This document shows, piece by piece, positions 26,691 through 37,000 of a DNA stretch of 48,436 nt. Below the pieces are notes generated by a model. The model did not search any database. It saw only the letters and a program-made list of their open reading frames with translations, and had not been told where the DNA came from. Position numbers and translations under genes: made by a program. The number at the start of each line of letters is the position of its first letter. Within the stretch, counting starts at the first letter, position 1. The DNA is taken from the NCBI GenBank assembly GCA_964550865.1, contig CAZKCX010000001.1:1-48436 (forward strand), in the 5' to 3' direction. Source of the stretch: an uncultured Planctomycetales bacterium. Its GTDB lineage: Bacteria > Planctomycetota > Phycisphaerae > UBA1845 > JAFGLZ01.

Positions 26691-27569
26691 ATGTTCGGCC
26701 AGGCGTCGACAACGCGAAATGCGGGCAAGAATCCGTCGCGCGGCAAGGGATCGCGGGGCGGATTCGCCCTGAATGCACGAGGCGCATGCGCCGGTGCGTT
26801 CACATTGGTCGAGGTCTTGCTGGTGATCTCGCTGATCGGGTTGTTGATGTACTTTGTCGTGCCGGTCTTCACGGGCGAGTTGGAGCGGCGGCGCCTTACC
26901 GACTCGGTCGATCGGATGCGAAACATGGTGGCGCTCACGCGGGCGCATGCCATGAACGACGGGAAGCGCTATCGCATTCGGTGGGAAGACCAGGACATGT
27001 ACGACGAAGCCGAAGAGAACAATACCACGCTTCAGCCTATCATCGAGGTGGAGGACAAGCCCATCGAGGAACCGGCCAACTTCACGCCCGTGAAGGACCT
27101 GTGGTCGCAGGCGGAGGTCCTTCACGAGGGCATCCAGTGCGTCGAGGTCCGCCTGGGCAAGCCGAAGACTCCGGAACAGGAGCTGCGCGAACGCGAGCAG
27201 GAAGAGCGTTACGACGAGCTTGCCTCCCGCGTCGACGACATGTTTGAGGAAGACGACAAGCTCGAGGATATGTTCGAGGACATGGACGTCGACGAGGCGG
27301 GCACGGAGGAAGAGAAGGACCCGGTTCGGCCCGCCATCGTGTTCGAGCCCGACGGCACCGTCGAATGGGCGACCATCTTCCTGACGAACGGCGAGGAGAC
27401 CGACGAGGGTGAGCTGCAGACCTGGGAGATCCTCATCGACGCGCGCACGGGCAAGATCGGGTGGCGCCGGACGCTCACGGAAGCGGAGTACGAGGAGCAG
27501 TTGGCCGAGCGGGAGGAGATCCAGGAAGAGCGCAAGATCGTTCGCGGTCGGGAAGCGGGAGCGCGATGA
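26691..27569 (+). CDS. minor pseudopilin, GspH-like, with long acidic insertion
   Basis: ATG 26691. Prepilin-type N-terminus CAG/AFTLVEVLLVISLIGLLMYFVVP followed by RRRLTDSVDRMRNMVALTRAHAMNDGKRYRIRW (GspH-like). Highly acidic segment: EQELREREQEERYDELASRVDDMFEEDDKLEDMFEDMDVDEAGTEEEKD. Confidence 0.6.
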   Translation: MFGQASTTRNAGKNPSRGKGSRGGFALNARGACAGAFTLVEVLLVISLIGLLMYFVVPVFTGELERRRLTDSVDRMRNMVALTRAHAMNDGKRYRIRWEDQDMYDEAEENNTTLQPIIEVEDKPIEEPANFTPVKDLWSQAEVLHEGIQCVEVRLGKPKTPEQELREREQEERYDELASRVDDMFEEDDKLEDMFEDMDVDEAGTEEEKDPVRPAIVFEPDGTVEWATIFLTNGEETDEGELQTWEILIDARTGKIGWRRTLTEAEYEEQLAEREEIQEERKIVRGREAGAR

Positions 27570-28513
27570 TGCCGTGGGCGCCGTGTCCATCCCAATCTGT
27601 CGTTCGGGGCGCGTCGCGTCGCGCCGCGATGCTGCTCGAGGTGCTGATCTCGATCGCCATCATGGTGTTGGCGATCGCGACGATCGGGGCCCAGGTCAGC
27701 AATTCGCTGAACGCGGCGGACTACACCGACAAGCTCAACCGCGGGCTGATGCTGGCCGAGTGGGTGATGGCCGAGATGGACCTACCGGCAGAGGAAGAGG
27801 ATCGGTTGGTGGACATCCACGGCGAGGAGGGCGAGGGCACGTTCGGCGAGCGTTACCCGGGCTTTGCATGGCGGATTCGCCGCGAGCCCACGGACGTCGA
27901 CAACCTCGACCTGATCTCGTTGGAGATCCTCACCGGGGATCCGGAAGAGCCCGACCTCGACAGCTGGGACGTCTTGCACACGGTCTACGCGTTGCGGCCG
28001 ATCGTGGCCGAGTTCGATCCGACGGATTTCGGCATGCCGAGCGAAGAGGACATCGGTCTGCTGGCTGCTGCCACGCCGCCGACAGGGGAAGACGGGACGG
28101 TCCCCGGGGCGCTCCCTCCGGAGCTGGAGGAGCTGTTGGCGGCCTTGCCCATGCCGATGCAGGAGATCTTCCAGCGGATCCTCGGCGGCGAACCCGTCCC
28201 GATGGACGAGATTCGCACCGCGATCAGCGAACTGACGGCGGAGGACCTGCTGGGATTGCTGACGACGCCGGCGCTCTTTGGCGTGTTGACCGGCGGGATG
28301 GGCGGGATGATGGGAGGCGGGGGTGGTGGCATTCCCGGCCTGGAGCAGCTGCTCGGCGGCGGCGCCGGTGGGGCCGACACGCAGGCCCTTCAGAAGGCGC
28401 TGCAACAAGGGAACCTGCCCAACCAGCAGGCGCTTCCGTCGGCGCTGGGCGGAGAGGACCTGGACACCGGGCAGGCGGAAACCCCGGGACGGCGACGGAG
28501 ATTTCGACGCTGA
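27566..28513 (+). CDS. minor pseudopilin, GspI-like, with Gly/Met-rich C-terminal tail
   Basis: ATGA overlap with the previous gene. N-terminus RRAAMLLEVLISIAIMVLAIATIG...RGLMLAEWVMAEM (GspI-like, no canonical Gly at -1). Tail: GGMGGMMGGGGGGIPGLEQLLGGGAGG. Confidence 0.55.
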   Translation: MMPWAPCPSQSVVRGASRRAAMLLEVLISIAIMVLAIATIGAQVSNSLNAADYTDKLNRGLMLAEWVMAEMDLPAEEEDRLVDIHGEEGEGTFGERYPGFAWRIRREPTDVDNLDLISLEILTGDPEEPDLDSWDVLHTVYALRPIVAEFDPTDFGMPSEEDIGLLAAATPPTGEDGTVPGALPPELEELLAALPMPMQEIFQRILGGEPVPMDEIRTAISELTAEDLLGLLTTPALFGVLTGGMGGMMGGGGGGIPGLEQLLGGGAGGADTQALQKALQQGNLPNQQALPSALGGEDLDTGQAETPGRRRRFRR

Positions 28514-28520
28514 GACGATC

Positions 28521-29669
28521 ATGGCAAGGGTGACGCTTCCATCCGGCTCGCCGAAGACAAGACGTGGCATCCGAGGACGGTTGCCGCGCGGGATGGGGTC
28601 GCGCGCCGGTGTGACGCTCCTCGAGGTCTTGCTGGCGATCAGCCTGTTGGCCGTGCTTCTGGCGATGCTGTTCCAATTTTCGCAGACGACGATGCAGGCC
28701 GAGCAGGTCGGGCGCGAGCTGGCCACGCGCTCGCAGCTCGCGCGCGTCGTGTTGGACCAGATCTCCGAGGAGATCCGACAGGCGGTGGCGTACGGGACCC
28801 CGATCTCGGGCGACAAGAACTCGATTCGCATTCTGACGACGCGGTTGCCGGAGCGAGAGGTGTTCGAGCGCCGCAAGCTGCGGGATCGACTCAAGGCCGT
28901 TCAATACGACCTGGCCGAGGTACGGTATTACCTCAAGATCTACGAGGACGAGTACGTCGAGCTGGAGGACGGCACGGAGGTCCCGAGGGTGGCGGGGCTC
29001 TATCGTCGCGAGTGGCGGATCTTGGGGCACGACGGAAGGCCTTCGCCCGCCCAGGGCATGAGCGCCTTGCCGCAAGCGGTCAAGATCATGGTCGGCTACA
29101 AGGAGCTGGAGCTCGAGCCGGTCGTCGAGGGCGAGGAGCCCGACGTGATCGACCTGAACCCGGGCATCGAGGAGGTCTTCGCGCCGGAGATCAAGGCGAT
29201 CCGCTTCGCCTACCACGACGGCCGCAACTGGGTCGACAAGTGGGCGTACCAGGAAGAGGAGCTTACCGAAGAGGGCGAAGAGGGCTATGAGGTCCAGTCC
29301 GAGACGATGATGGATCGCGACGAATACGAGGAGGAGGACGAGGAGGAGTACCACGAGGATCGCTACACCATGGTCGTGCGGTTGTATCAGTCGGATCCGA
29401 CCGGATTGGGCAGCAAGCTGGTTCGCATCTCGGACGAGCTGCGCGAGCAGTTCGGCGGGATGGGCGACATGATGGGCGGCATGGGGGGGTTGGGCGATCT
29501 GAACTCGCTGACGGGCGGGGGCACGGGTGGCCTGGATTCGTTGAGGAACCTCGGCAACCTCGGTGACCTCAACAACCTGGGTAACCTTCAGAACCTGAGC
29601 GGCGGCGGGGCAAACCGGATACGAGAGCAACTGCAGCAGCTTCAAGGCCAACTGGGTGGCGGGAGCTGA
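28521..29669 (+). CDS. minor pseudopilin, GspJ-like, with acidic insertion and Gly/Met/Leu-Gly-rich tail
   Basis: ATG 28521. N-terminus SRAG/VTLLEVLLAISLLAVLLAMLF. GspJ-like IKAIRFAYHDGRNWVDKW. Acidic block EEELTEEGEEGYEVQSETMMDRDEYEEEDEEEYHED. Tail GGMGDMMGGMGGLGDLNSLTGGGTGGLDSLRNLGNLGDLNNLGNLQNL. Confidence 0.6.
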   Translation: MARVTLPSGSPKTRRGIRGRLPRGMGSRAGVTLLEVLLAISLLAVLLAMLFQFSQTTMQAEQVGRELATRSQLARVVLDQISEEIRQAVAYGTPISGDKNSIRILTTRLPEREVFERRKLRDRLKAVQYDLAEVRYYLKIYEDEYVELEDGTEVPRVAGLYRREWRILGHDGRPSPAQGMSALPQAVKIMVGYKELELEPVVEGEEPDVIDLNPGIEEVFAPEIKAIRFAYHDGRNWVDKWAYQEEELTEEGEEGYEVQSETMMDRDEYEEEDEEEYHEDRYTMVVRLYQSDPTGLGSKLVRISDELREQFGGMGDMMGGMGGLGDLNSLTGGGTGGLDSLRNLGNLGDLNNLGNLQNLSGGGANRIREQLQQLQGQLGGGS

Positions 29670-29712
29670 TCGGCGGACCGGGCGCGCGGCGGGTGCCGTG
29701 CGGAGGTCTTGG

Positions 29713-31269
29713 ATGCGAGGCATGACGGATCGAGCGATACATTCCGGGCGGCGCGGCATCATCCTGCCGGTGGTGCTCGTGATCCTGATGCTGCTTGCGA
29801 TGATGGGCATGGCCTTCTCGCTGGCGACGAGCGCGGAGTTGGGTGCGGCCGGCGCGCGGGCCAACCGTATGCAAACGCGCCTGGCCGCAGAGGCGGGGCT
29901 GCAGCGGATTCTCCTGCTGTTGCGCGAGGACCGTGCCCGCATGAGCATGTGGTGGAACACCCCCGACCTTCGCGCGGTGCAGATCTACCCGCCAAACACG
30001 GAAGGCCAGGAGTTCGGCGAGCGCGACCTGGTGGCCGAAGAGGGCGAGGAGGACGAGAAGCCCCAGCAGGAGCTCGGCATTCGCTGGCGGTATAGCATCG
30101 TCGCGAACGACCTGGACATCCTCGGGGAGAGCGATCGGCCGATTCGCTACGGCATTCAGGACGAGGCCGGCAAGCTGAACATCAACTGGGCGACGCGCGA
30201 CCAGCTTATGGCGTTGTTCATGGCCGTGCTCAGCCCCGAGCTTCCCTTGGAGGAGCTCGTCGACGCGGTGATCGACTGGCGGGACAAGGACTCGATGACG
30301 AGTCCGGCCGGTGCGGAGAGCGACTACTATCGACAACGAATTCCCCCCTATTCCGCGGCCAACGCCCCGTTCAAGACGGTGGAGGAGCTGCTCCTGGTGA
30401 AGGGGTTCGTCGCCCAGGTGCTCTACGGCGAAGACTACAACCGCAACGGGATTCTCGATCCCGCGGAGGACGACGGGAACCTGACGTTCCCGCCGGACAA
30501 CGGCGACGGAGAGCTGAACCGCGGGCTGCTGCCGTACGTCACGGTCTACTCGATGGGACAGGATCGCGCCAGCGACAACAAGCCGCGGATCTACATGAAC
30601 GCCAAGCTCGATCAGATCGAGCCGTTGCTGACGGAGCTCGTCGAGAGCGACCTGGTGGACACGATCCTGCAGCTTCGGGCCCAAGGGTACGTCTTTACGA
30701 GCCCGGCCGATCTTGCGGGGGAGATCACGCTCAAGGGCAGCGAGGAACCGTTGGAGATTCAAGCGGCACCGGAGGATATGTTGATCGTCATGGATCGCTT
30801 GACGACGATCCCGCGTCCGGAGAACATGGGACCGTTGGGGGCGATGGTGGCCATTCCGTTGCCGCATGTGATCAACGTAAACACGGCACCTCCACCGGTT
30901 TTGGCGTGCTTGGGTCTGGACGACGAGCAGATTGAGACCATCGTCTCGACGAGGATGGAACTGAGCGACGAGGAGAAGATCAGTCCCGCGTGGCTGCTAA
31001 ACGCCGGCGTGATGACGGCCGAAGAGTTGGCACGGTTCACCGGTCCGCAGCTCAATACGATCCGCATCGTAACGCAATCGTGGCAGTTCACGGTAGAATC
31101 CGTGGGGTACGGCGACCATGTCGGCATGGTCTGTCGCCTCCAGGCCGTCATCGAGATGCAAGGACAAGTCCCGCTGATCAAGTACATGCGGGACATCACC
31201 AAGCTCGGACCGGGCTGGCCCATCCGAGCCGAAGAGGAAGAACGTGAGATTACCGGGTCCACTGGCTGA
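29713..31269 (+). CDS. gspK: minor pseudopilin GspK-like
   Basis: Start ATG 29713 with GGAGG 7 nt upstream. Hydrophobic N-terminus without Glu5 (GIILPVVLVILMLLAMMGMAF). GspK hallmarks: IQDEAGKLNIN, DWRDKDSMTSPAGAESDYY, YSAANAPFKTVEELLLVKGF, INVNTAP. Confidence 0.8.
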   Translation: MRGMTDRAIHSGRRGIILPVVLVILMLLAMMGMAFSLATSAELGAAGARANRMQTRLAAEAGLQRILLLLREDRARMSMWWNTPDLRAVQIYPPNTEGQEFGERDLVAEEGEEDEKPQQELGIRWRYSIVANDLDILGESDRPIRYGIQDEAGKLNINWATRDQLMALFMAVLSPELPLEELVDAVIDWRDKDSMTSPAGAESDYYRQRIPPYSAANAPFKTVEELLLVKGFVAQVLYGEDYNRNGILDPAEDDGNLTFPPDNGDGELNRGLLPYVTVYSMGQDRASDNKPRIYMNAKLDQIEPLLTELVESDLVDTILQLRAQGYVFTSPADLAGEITLKGSEEPLEIQAAPEDMLIVMDRLTTIPRPENMGPLGAMVAIPLPHVINVNTAPPPVLACLGLDDEQIETIVSTRMELSDEEKISPAWLLNAGVMTAEELARFTGPQLNTIRIVTQSWQFTVESVGYGDHVGMVCRLQAVIEMQGQVPLIKYMRDITKLGPGWPIRAEEEEREITGSTG

Positions 31270-32833
31270 TCGGAAGGTGCTCGCGCTCGACTGGGATCGC
31301 GAGTCGATCCGTATCGTCCATACGTCGACGAGCCGGAAGGGGCCTCGTGGCGTGCGCGGTGTGTTCGTGCCCGTGACGGAAGGGGTCGATATCGACGACC
31401 CGGAGGCGCTCGGCCAGTTCATCGGCCGCGCGCTGAAGCAGCGTCGCATTCGCACGCGACGGGCGATCGTCTCGATTCCCCGTGACCAGGCCGTTCTGCA
31501 CATGCTGAGCCTGCCGAACGTCCCGCCCGACGAGATGCCGTCGGTCGTGCACTTCCAGATCACGAAGGAGCTGCCCTTCGCCTTGGAGGAGGCGAAGATC
31601 GACTTCGCCACCTTCCCGGCCGAGGCGGAGGCCGAGAACGTCGATGTCCTCGTCGCCGCCGTGCGGAACGATGTGCTCGAGCACTACCAGCAGGTCTGCC
31701 AGAACGCCGGGTTGCAGCTCGAGCGGGTGGGCCTCCGGCCGTTCGCGAACACCGTGGCGGCCCTATACGGGCGTGAGGACGAGCAGACCGGCTGTCTCTT
31801 GCTGGTGGATGTCGGGCCGACGTTGACCGAGATCGACCTGATCCGGCAGGGTCGCCTGTCGTTCTCTCGCGCGGCGTCCGTGAATGTGCCGATCCTGCCG
31901 GCCGTTCGCAGTCAGGGCTCACTCGAGGGCGAGGGCGGGCCGGTGATGATCGCCCCGACGGACACCGAGCAGGAGGAGGCCGTCGAGAGCCTCATGGTCG
32001 AGGTGAACCGAACGATCGAGGCGTATCGGGTGACGGATCCCGGGGCCGAGATCGGCTCGGTGGTGATCGGAGGTTCCTGCGGGATCGAGGATCGCCTCTG
32101 TCGCGAGATCGAAGAGCGGTTCGGGGCGCCCGCGCGGCTGTACAACCCGGGTGAGACCATTGCCAAGCTGGCGGATCGCGGGGATGAGTTCGCCGCCTTC
32201 AGCGCTCCGCTGGGGCTGTCGATCGGTCACGGCACCGAAGGGGTCCTGCACTTCGACTTCCTCCATCCGAAGGAGCCCGTCGATCTCGGTCGCGAGCGGG
32301 CACGGCGGATTCCGATGATCGCCGCGTCGGTCCTCTTACTCCTGGTGGCCATGATGGGGTTCCGCTGGCGGGTCGGCAGCATTCGTGACGCCGAGGTCGA
32401 AGTGGTCAAAGAGAAGGCCGAGAAGCTCAAGGAAGAGGCGAAAGAGGTAGACGAGTTCAAGGACCAGGTCATGGCCGCCTCGGCGTGGGCGGAGCGGGAG
32501 CTCGTGTGGCTGGAGGAGCTGGCGACCATCACGAACCTCTTCCCGGATACGAGCGAGGTGTACGCTACGAAGTTCTATGCGAAGGACGAGGGGCGGATCA
32601 GCTTCGAGGTTCGCGCGAAGATCATGCCGCGCCTGGAGAAGCTGCGCATGGAGTTGGAGAAGCTCGGACCCTACATCGCGCGACTCGGCACGGTTAAGCA
32701 AGTCGGTGACGCGCGAGGGTACAACTTCCAGACCGACATCATCCTCCAGCGCAAGCCGGACGAGGACTTCAAGGGATCGGATACGAAAAGCAAGAAGGCC
32801 AAGTCGAATACGAGGTCGAAGCGGCGGCGCTAG
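31244..32833 (+). CDS. PilM-type actin-like assembly protein fused to a PilN-like TM/coiled-coil segment (GspL-equivalent)
   Basis: GTG 31244 after GAGGAAG. PilM-like N-domain: VLALDWDRESIRIVH...AIVSIPRDQAVLHMLSLPNVPPDEMPSVVHFQITKELPFALEEAKIDF...LLLVDVGPTLTEIDL. TM segment IPMIAASVLLLLVAMMGF. Lys/Glu coiled coil and a periplasmic domain follow. Confidence 0.8.
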   Translation: MRLPGPLADRKVLALDWDRESIRIVHTSTSRKGPRGVRGVFVPVTEGVDIDDPEALGQFIGRALKQRRIRTRRAIVSIPRDQAVLHMLSLPNVPPDEMPSVVHFQITKELPFALEEAKIDFATFPAEAEAENVDVLVAAVRNDVLEHYQQVCQNAGLQLERVGLRPFANTVAALYGREDEQTGCLLLVDVGPTLTEIDLIRQGRLSFSRAASVNVPILPAVRSQGSLEGEGGPVMIAPTDTEQEEAVESLMVEVNRTIEAYRVTDPGAEIGSVVIGGSCGIEDRLCREIEERFGAPARLYNPGETIAKLADRGDEFAAFSAPLGLSIGHGTEGVLHFDFLHPKEPVDLGRERARRIPMIAASVLLLLVAMMGFRWRVGSIRDAEVEVVKEKAEKLKEEAKEVDEFKDQVMAASAWAERELVWLEELATITNLFPDTSEVYATKFYAKDEGRISFEVRAKIMPRLEKLRMELEKLGPYIARLGTVKQVGDARGYNFQTDIILQRKPDEDFKGSDTKSKKAKSNTRSKRRR

Positions 32834-32900
32834 ACCGCCTCTGCGCTCGACGCGGAAGCGGTGGGTTCGGCGAATGGGGAAGGCGGATAGGCGATAGAGC

Positions 32901-33962
32901 ATGGAGAAGCGACAACGGTACTTGATGATCGCCGTCGGGGTGCTGCTGGCCTTTGGTGTGGTCAGCCGGCTCGTTCCCTGGCTTCTCGATCCGATCACGA
33001 GCGCCGACAAGCGGATCCGGAGCTATCAGCGGAAGATCAAGGAATACCGAGGCAAGATCGAGCAGAAGCCGTTCTTGCTCGAGAAGTACCGTAGCCTGGC
33101 GAGCAAGACGTTGGGCTTGAGCGAGACCGAGGCCGGACAGGCCCTGCACGCGAAGATGGTCGAGGTGGCTAAAACCAGCAGGCTGCAGAGACCGACGATC
33201 GGACAAGCGTTCTTGCGCTCGTTCACCGATCAGGAGACGCGTTCGCGCATCACGATCGTGAAGGTCGCCATCAGCGGCCAGGGCTCGATCGCCGAGGTGG
33301 TCCGATTCCTGGAGAACTTCTACAAGCTGCCGTACCTCGTCCGGATTCGGACGCTCTCGTTGAACCCCTTCCACCAGCGAAAGGGTATGCTGCTCAAGAT
33401 CAACGCGGACGTTGAAGCGCTGGTGCTCCAGTCCCATCCGCTCGTCGATCCGGAGACCGTCGAGACGGCGGAGCTGGACATGAAGAAGCTCCCGCCGAGC
33501 GACCGCTACAAGCCGGAGAAGGCCAAGTTCTATCAGCAGGTGGTGCAGAAGAACATCTTCGAGCCGGTGGTCAAGGTCGCTTCGGAGCAACCGAAGGAGC
33601 GGACGCCGGTTCGCGGGCGGCCCCCTCGGAGAGGGCGTGACGCCCGGGAGGACGTGATTCTCGTCCTGGCCACCCGCTATCCGTGGGTCGATCCGCAAGA
33701 CGGCACGGAGTATCTGATCCAGGAGGCGGTAACGCGCAATAGCCGGACGAAGGAGAAGCTGGTTCGCCGGGTCGGTGAGGATTTCCATGGTCAAGGCACG
33801 CTAGTGTATGTGGATTCGTACGGCGCGGTCGTGCGAACGCCGCAGAAGCAGTACCTTGTATTCCCGTTGGGCAAGACCCTCAAGGACGGGGAGTCCCTAA
33901 GCCCCGAAATGCACCCCGATCTGTATCGGGCGGTACAAGAAATAGAAACACAGACCAAGTAG
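32901..33962 (+). CDS. PilO/GspM-like inner-membrane assembly protein with C-terminal extension
   Basis: 353 aa. N-terminal TM YLMIAVGVLLAFGVV, a coiled coil, and PilO-like VRFLENFYKLPYLVRIRTLSLNP. An Arg-rich linker and a ~110-aa beta-rich C-terminal domain follow. Confidence 0.6.
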   Translation: MEKRQRYLMIAVGVLLAFGVVSRLVPWLLDPITSADKRIRSYQRKIKEYRGKIEQKPFLLEKYRSLASKTLGLSETEAGQALHAKMVEVAKTSRLQRPTIGQAFLRSFTDQETRSRITIVKVAISGQGSIAEVVRFLENFYKLPYLVRIRTLSLNPFHQRKGMLLKINADVEALVLQSHPLVDPETVETAELDMKKLPPSDRYKPEKAKFYQQVVQKNIFEPVVKVASEQPKERTPVRGRPPRRGRDAREDVILVLATRYPWVDPQDGTEYLIQEAVTRNSRTKEKLVRRVGEDFHGQGTLVYVDSYGAVVRTPQKQYLVFPLGKTLKDGESLSPEMHPDLYRAVQEIETQTK

Positions 33963-34078
33963 GCGTATGCGCCCCTTCGGCAGGGAAGGCCGGGGCGGAG
34001 GCGCTTCGACAACCTCAACACCGCGGGGGTCCGCGTGCGATTCAGGCCCGGGCCGACGAACCGTGGAGGGATGTCCTT

Positions 34079-37000
34079 ATGATCTCTTCGTTACTATGGC
34101 GTCTTCGTAGGCGGTCCGGCGTGGTCGCGCTGGCGATTGGCATGGCCGTCGCGGGGGGCGACGGAGTGCTTGCCGCCGAGGCACCGGCACGGAAAGGAGC
34201 GACGACCCAGTCGGCTCGACGATCTCCCACGACGCTCCCGGCGAAGTCGAAGTCCGCCACCGTGGACAGAGCAAAGTTGGCCGAGGCGATGCGTCGTGCG
34301 CGGACGTCGACCCAACGTGCCGCTGCGACCGCACGGGCCCGCGCCGAGGCCCTGGCACGACAACGCCAGGCGACACAAGCCCGGACCTCGGAAGAATCCA
34401 ACCCGAGCAAAACGGCGCTCAGCGCGGAGGAGCGAAGAAACCGCTTCAAACGCCGCTTGCAGGAGATTCGCGAGCGATCCCGCAAGTCCCCGACCACCTC
34501 GGTGGAGACCCGGCAACTCGCCAAGAACTCCACACCGAAGGCCCCCGCACCCAAGGCGAACAACAAGAACGGGGCGCAGGGCCGGCCGACCCCGCCCCCG
34601 GCCGCCCCGCAGCCACCCCCCGAGGAGCGCAAGTACGTCCTGAGCTTCCAGAAGGCGACCTGGGACGAGATTCTCAACACGTTCTGTCGCTGGAGCGGCC
34701 TGACGATCATGGGCAAGTACCCCACGACGACGGGCGACGGCATTACGTACATCAACCAGCGGCCGCTGACGTACCATGAGGCCTTGCATGAGCTCAATCT
34801 TCTGCTGATGCAGAACATCCCCAGCTACTACCTGATGCGGGAGAAGAACCACCTCATGCTGCGGCGGATGTCGGATTGGCCCCATTACGTGCCGATGGAC
34901 AACCGTTTCTACAGCGTGGAGGAGTTCAAAAAGGCCGAGATCGACGACGACGAGTGGGCGATGGTCTTCTACACGCCCGAGGTCAGCGACGTCGGCGAGG
35001 TGATTACCGAGATCCTCCAGACCATGCCCGACGGCGTGGTCCTGCCGGCGACCATGGGCGAGACCAGGCGCCTCAAGGTCACGGGCATCGTCCACTACAT
35101 CCGCCAGTTTATCCGGCTGGCCGAGAGCGACATGTTCAAGGACGAGGCGGCCGACGCGGCGAAGCTCCGCAAGATCAAGTTCTACAAGATCGAGCGGGCA
35201 CAGGCCTCCTCGGTGCAGCAAGTCCTCGAGCGGATCGTTCTGCCGCCAAAGCGCACCCGGTTCACGAGCGCCGACGAATCGCAGAAGGTCGACATGGTGC
35301 TCGATCAACTCAGCAACACGATCATCGTCAAGGCCCGCGAGGAGCACCATCGCGAGATCGAGGCCATGATCGAGAAGATCGAGAAGGCCGAGCTGGTCTC
35401 GGACGCGCAGGTGACCTTCCTCAAGCTCGAGCACGCCCGGGCGGAAGACCTGGCCAACCTGATGAATCCGCTGCTGCAGCGGCAGGCATCGATGAAGCCG
35501 AGCTTCGATCGACGCCAACGGGAGCGGGAGCAGGTCTATCTCCAGGCGGATCCGGCCAGCAACAGCCTGATCGTGCTGGCGGCGAAGGAGGGGCTCGAGC
35601 GCGTCAAGAAGCTGCTCGAGCAGCTCGACGTCGAGACGCCGGAGGCCCAATACAGACGGATCGAGCTGGAGCACGTCAACGCCGACCAGATCTTCACGGT
35701 CGTCAACAACATCGTCCAGTCGCGTCAGGGGCGGTTCCGAGGCCGTCGCGGCGGCGGGCAGCAACTCCAGGTCATGCCGGATCCGACCGGCAACGCGCTG
35801 TTCGTGATGGGCAACCCGAAGGACATGGAGTTCGTCGAGGAGCTGGTGGCCGAGCTGGACGCCGAGGACGTCGAACGGACCAAGACGCACATCATCAAGC
35901 TCAAGAAGGCGCGGCCGAGCATGGTCTCGCAGGGCTTGCAGGCGATCTTCGGCGGGGACACCGGTGGACGACGACGCCGCACGCCGACGGGGTCCTTCCG
36001 CGCGCTACCGGACGATCAAAGCGGCGTGCTCGTGGTGATCTGCCTCGACAAGGATTGGAAGGAGATCGAGCAGCAGATCAAGGAATTCGACGAGCAATCC
36101 GTCAGCACCGATCCGGTCATGCGGACGATCCCGATCACGCATGGGGATGCCGAGGAGATCGCCACGACGCTGAACAACGCCCTACGAGGGCGTTTGGGTC
36201 GGACTCCCGTGACGGTCGGCGCCGACCGGAAGAACAACATGCTGTTCGTCACGACGCTGGAGCCGGCATTCGAGGAGATCGAGTCGCTGATTGAGAAGCT
36301 CGACAAGCCCAGCAAGGAGGGCAAGCTCGAGGTCATCCCGCTCCAACACGCCAGCGCGACCGACGTGGCCAACCTGATCACGCAGATGTTCACGGTGACA
36401 CGATCGCGCGGCCGATTCGGCGGCGGCGGGACCGCGCCGGTGATCATCCCGGACCAGATCGCCAACGCCTTGGTCGTTCGCGCGACGAAGACCGACCTGG
36501 CGGAGATCGAGCTGCAGGCCGCGCGGATCGACGACGCCGCTCGCGACGAGGGCAACAGGCCCACGATCATCCCGCTCGAGTACGCAGATCCGTCGCAGGT
36601 CGCCAGCATGTGCGAGACGATGTTCATCCGCCGGACGAGCCGGCGGAGCCGGTCCGCGGAGCAGACGACGTTCTTCATGCCGATCCCGACGGGGCTGGTG
36701 GTTCGTGCGCCCTCCCAGCAGATGGGCGAGATCAAGGATTTCATCGAGACGGTCGACTCCCCGGAGTCGGTGAACGTCGAGATCAAGACGGTGCAGCTGC
36801 CGGGCCAGGACGTCGAGCAGATCGCGAGCATCCTGCAGAACATGTTCGCCGGCGAGCGGCGAAGGCGTAGCGGCGGCGGCTCGATCAACTTCCTGCCGAA
36901 CCCGAGCTCGGACATGCTGGTGATCACCGCGCCCAAGAAGCGCTTCGAGGAGATCGACAAGGTCATCCAGCAGTACACCGAGGGTGTGAAGGTCGCGCAG

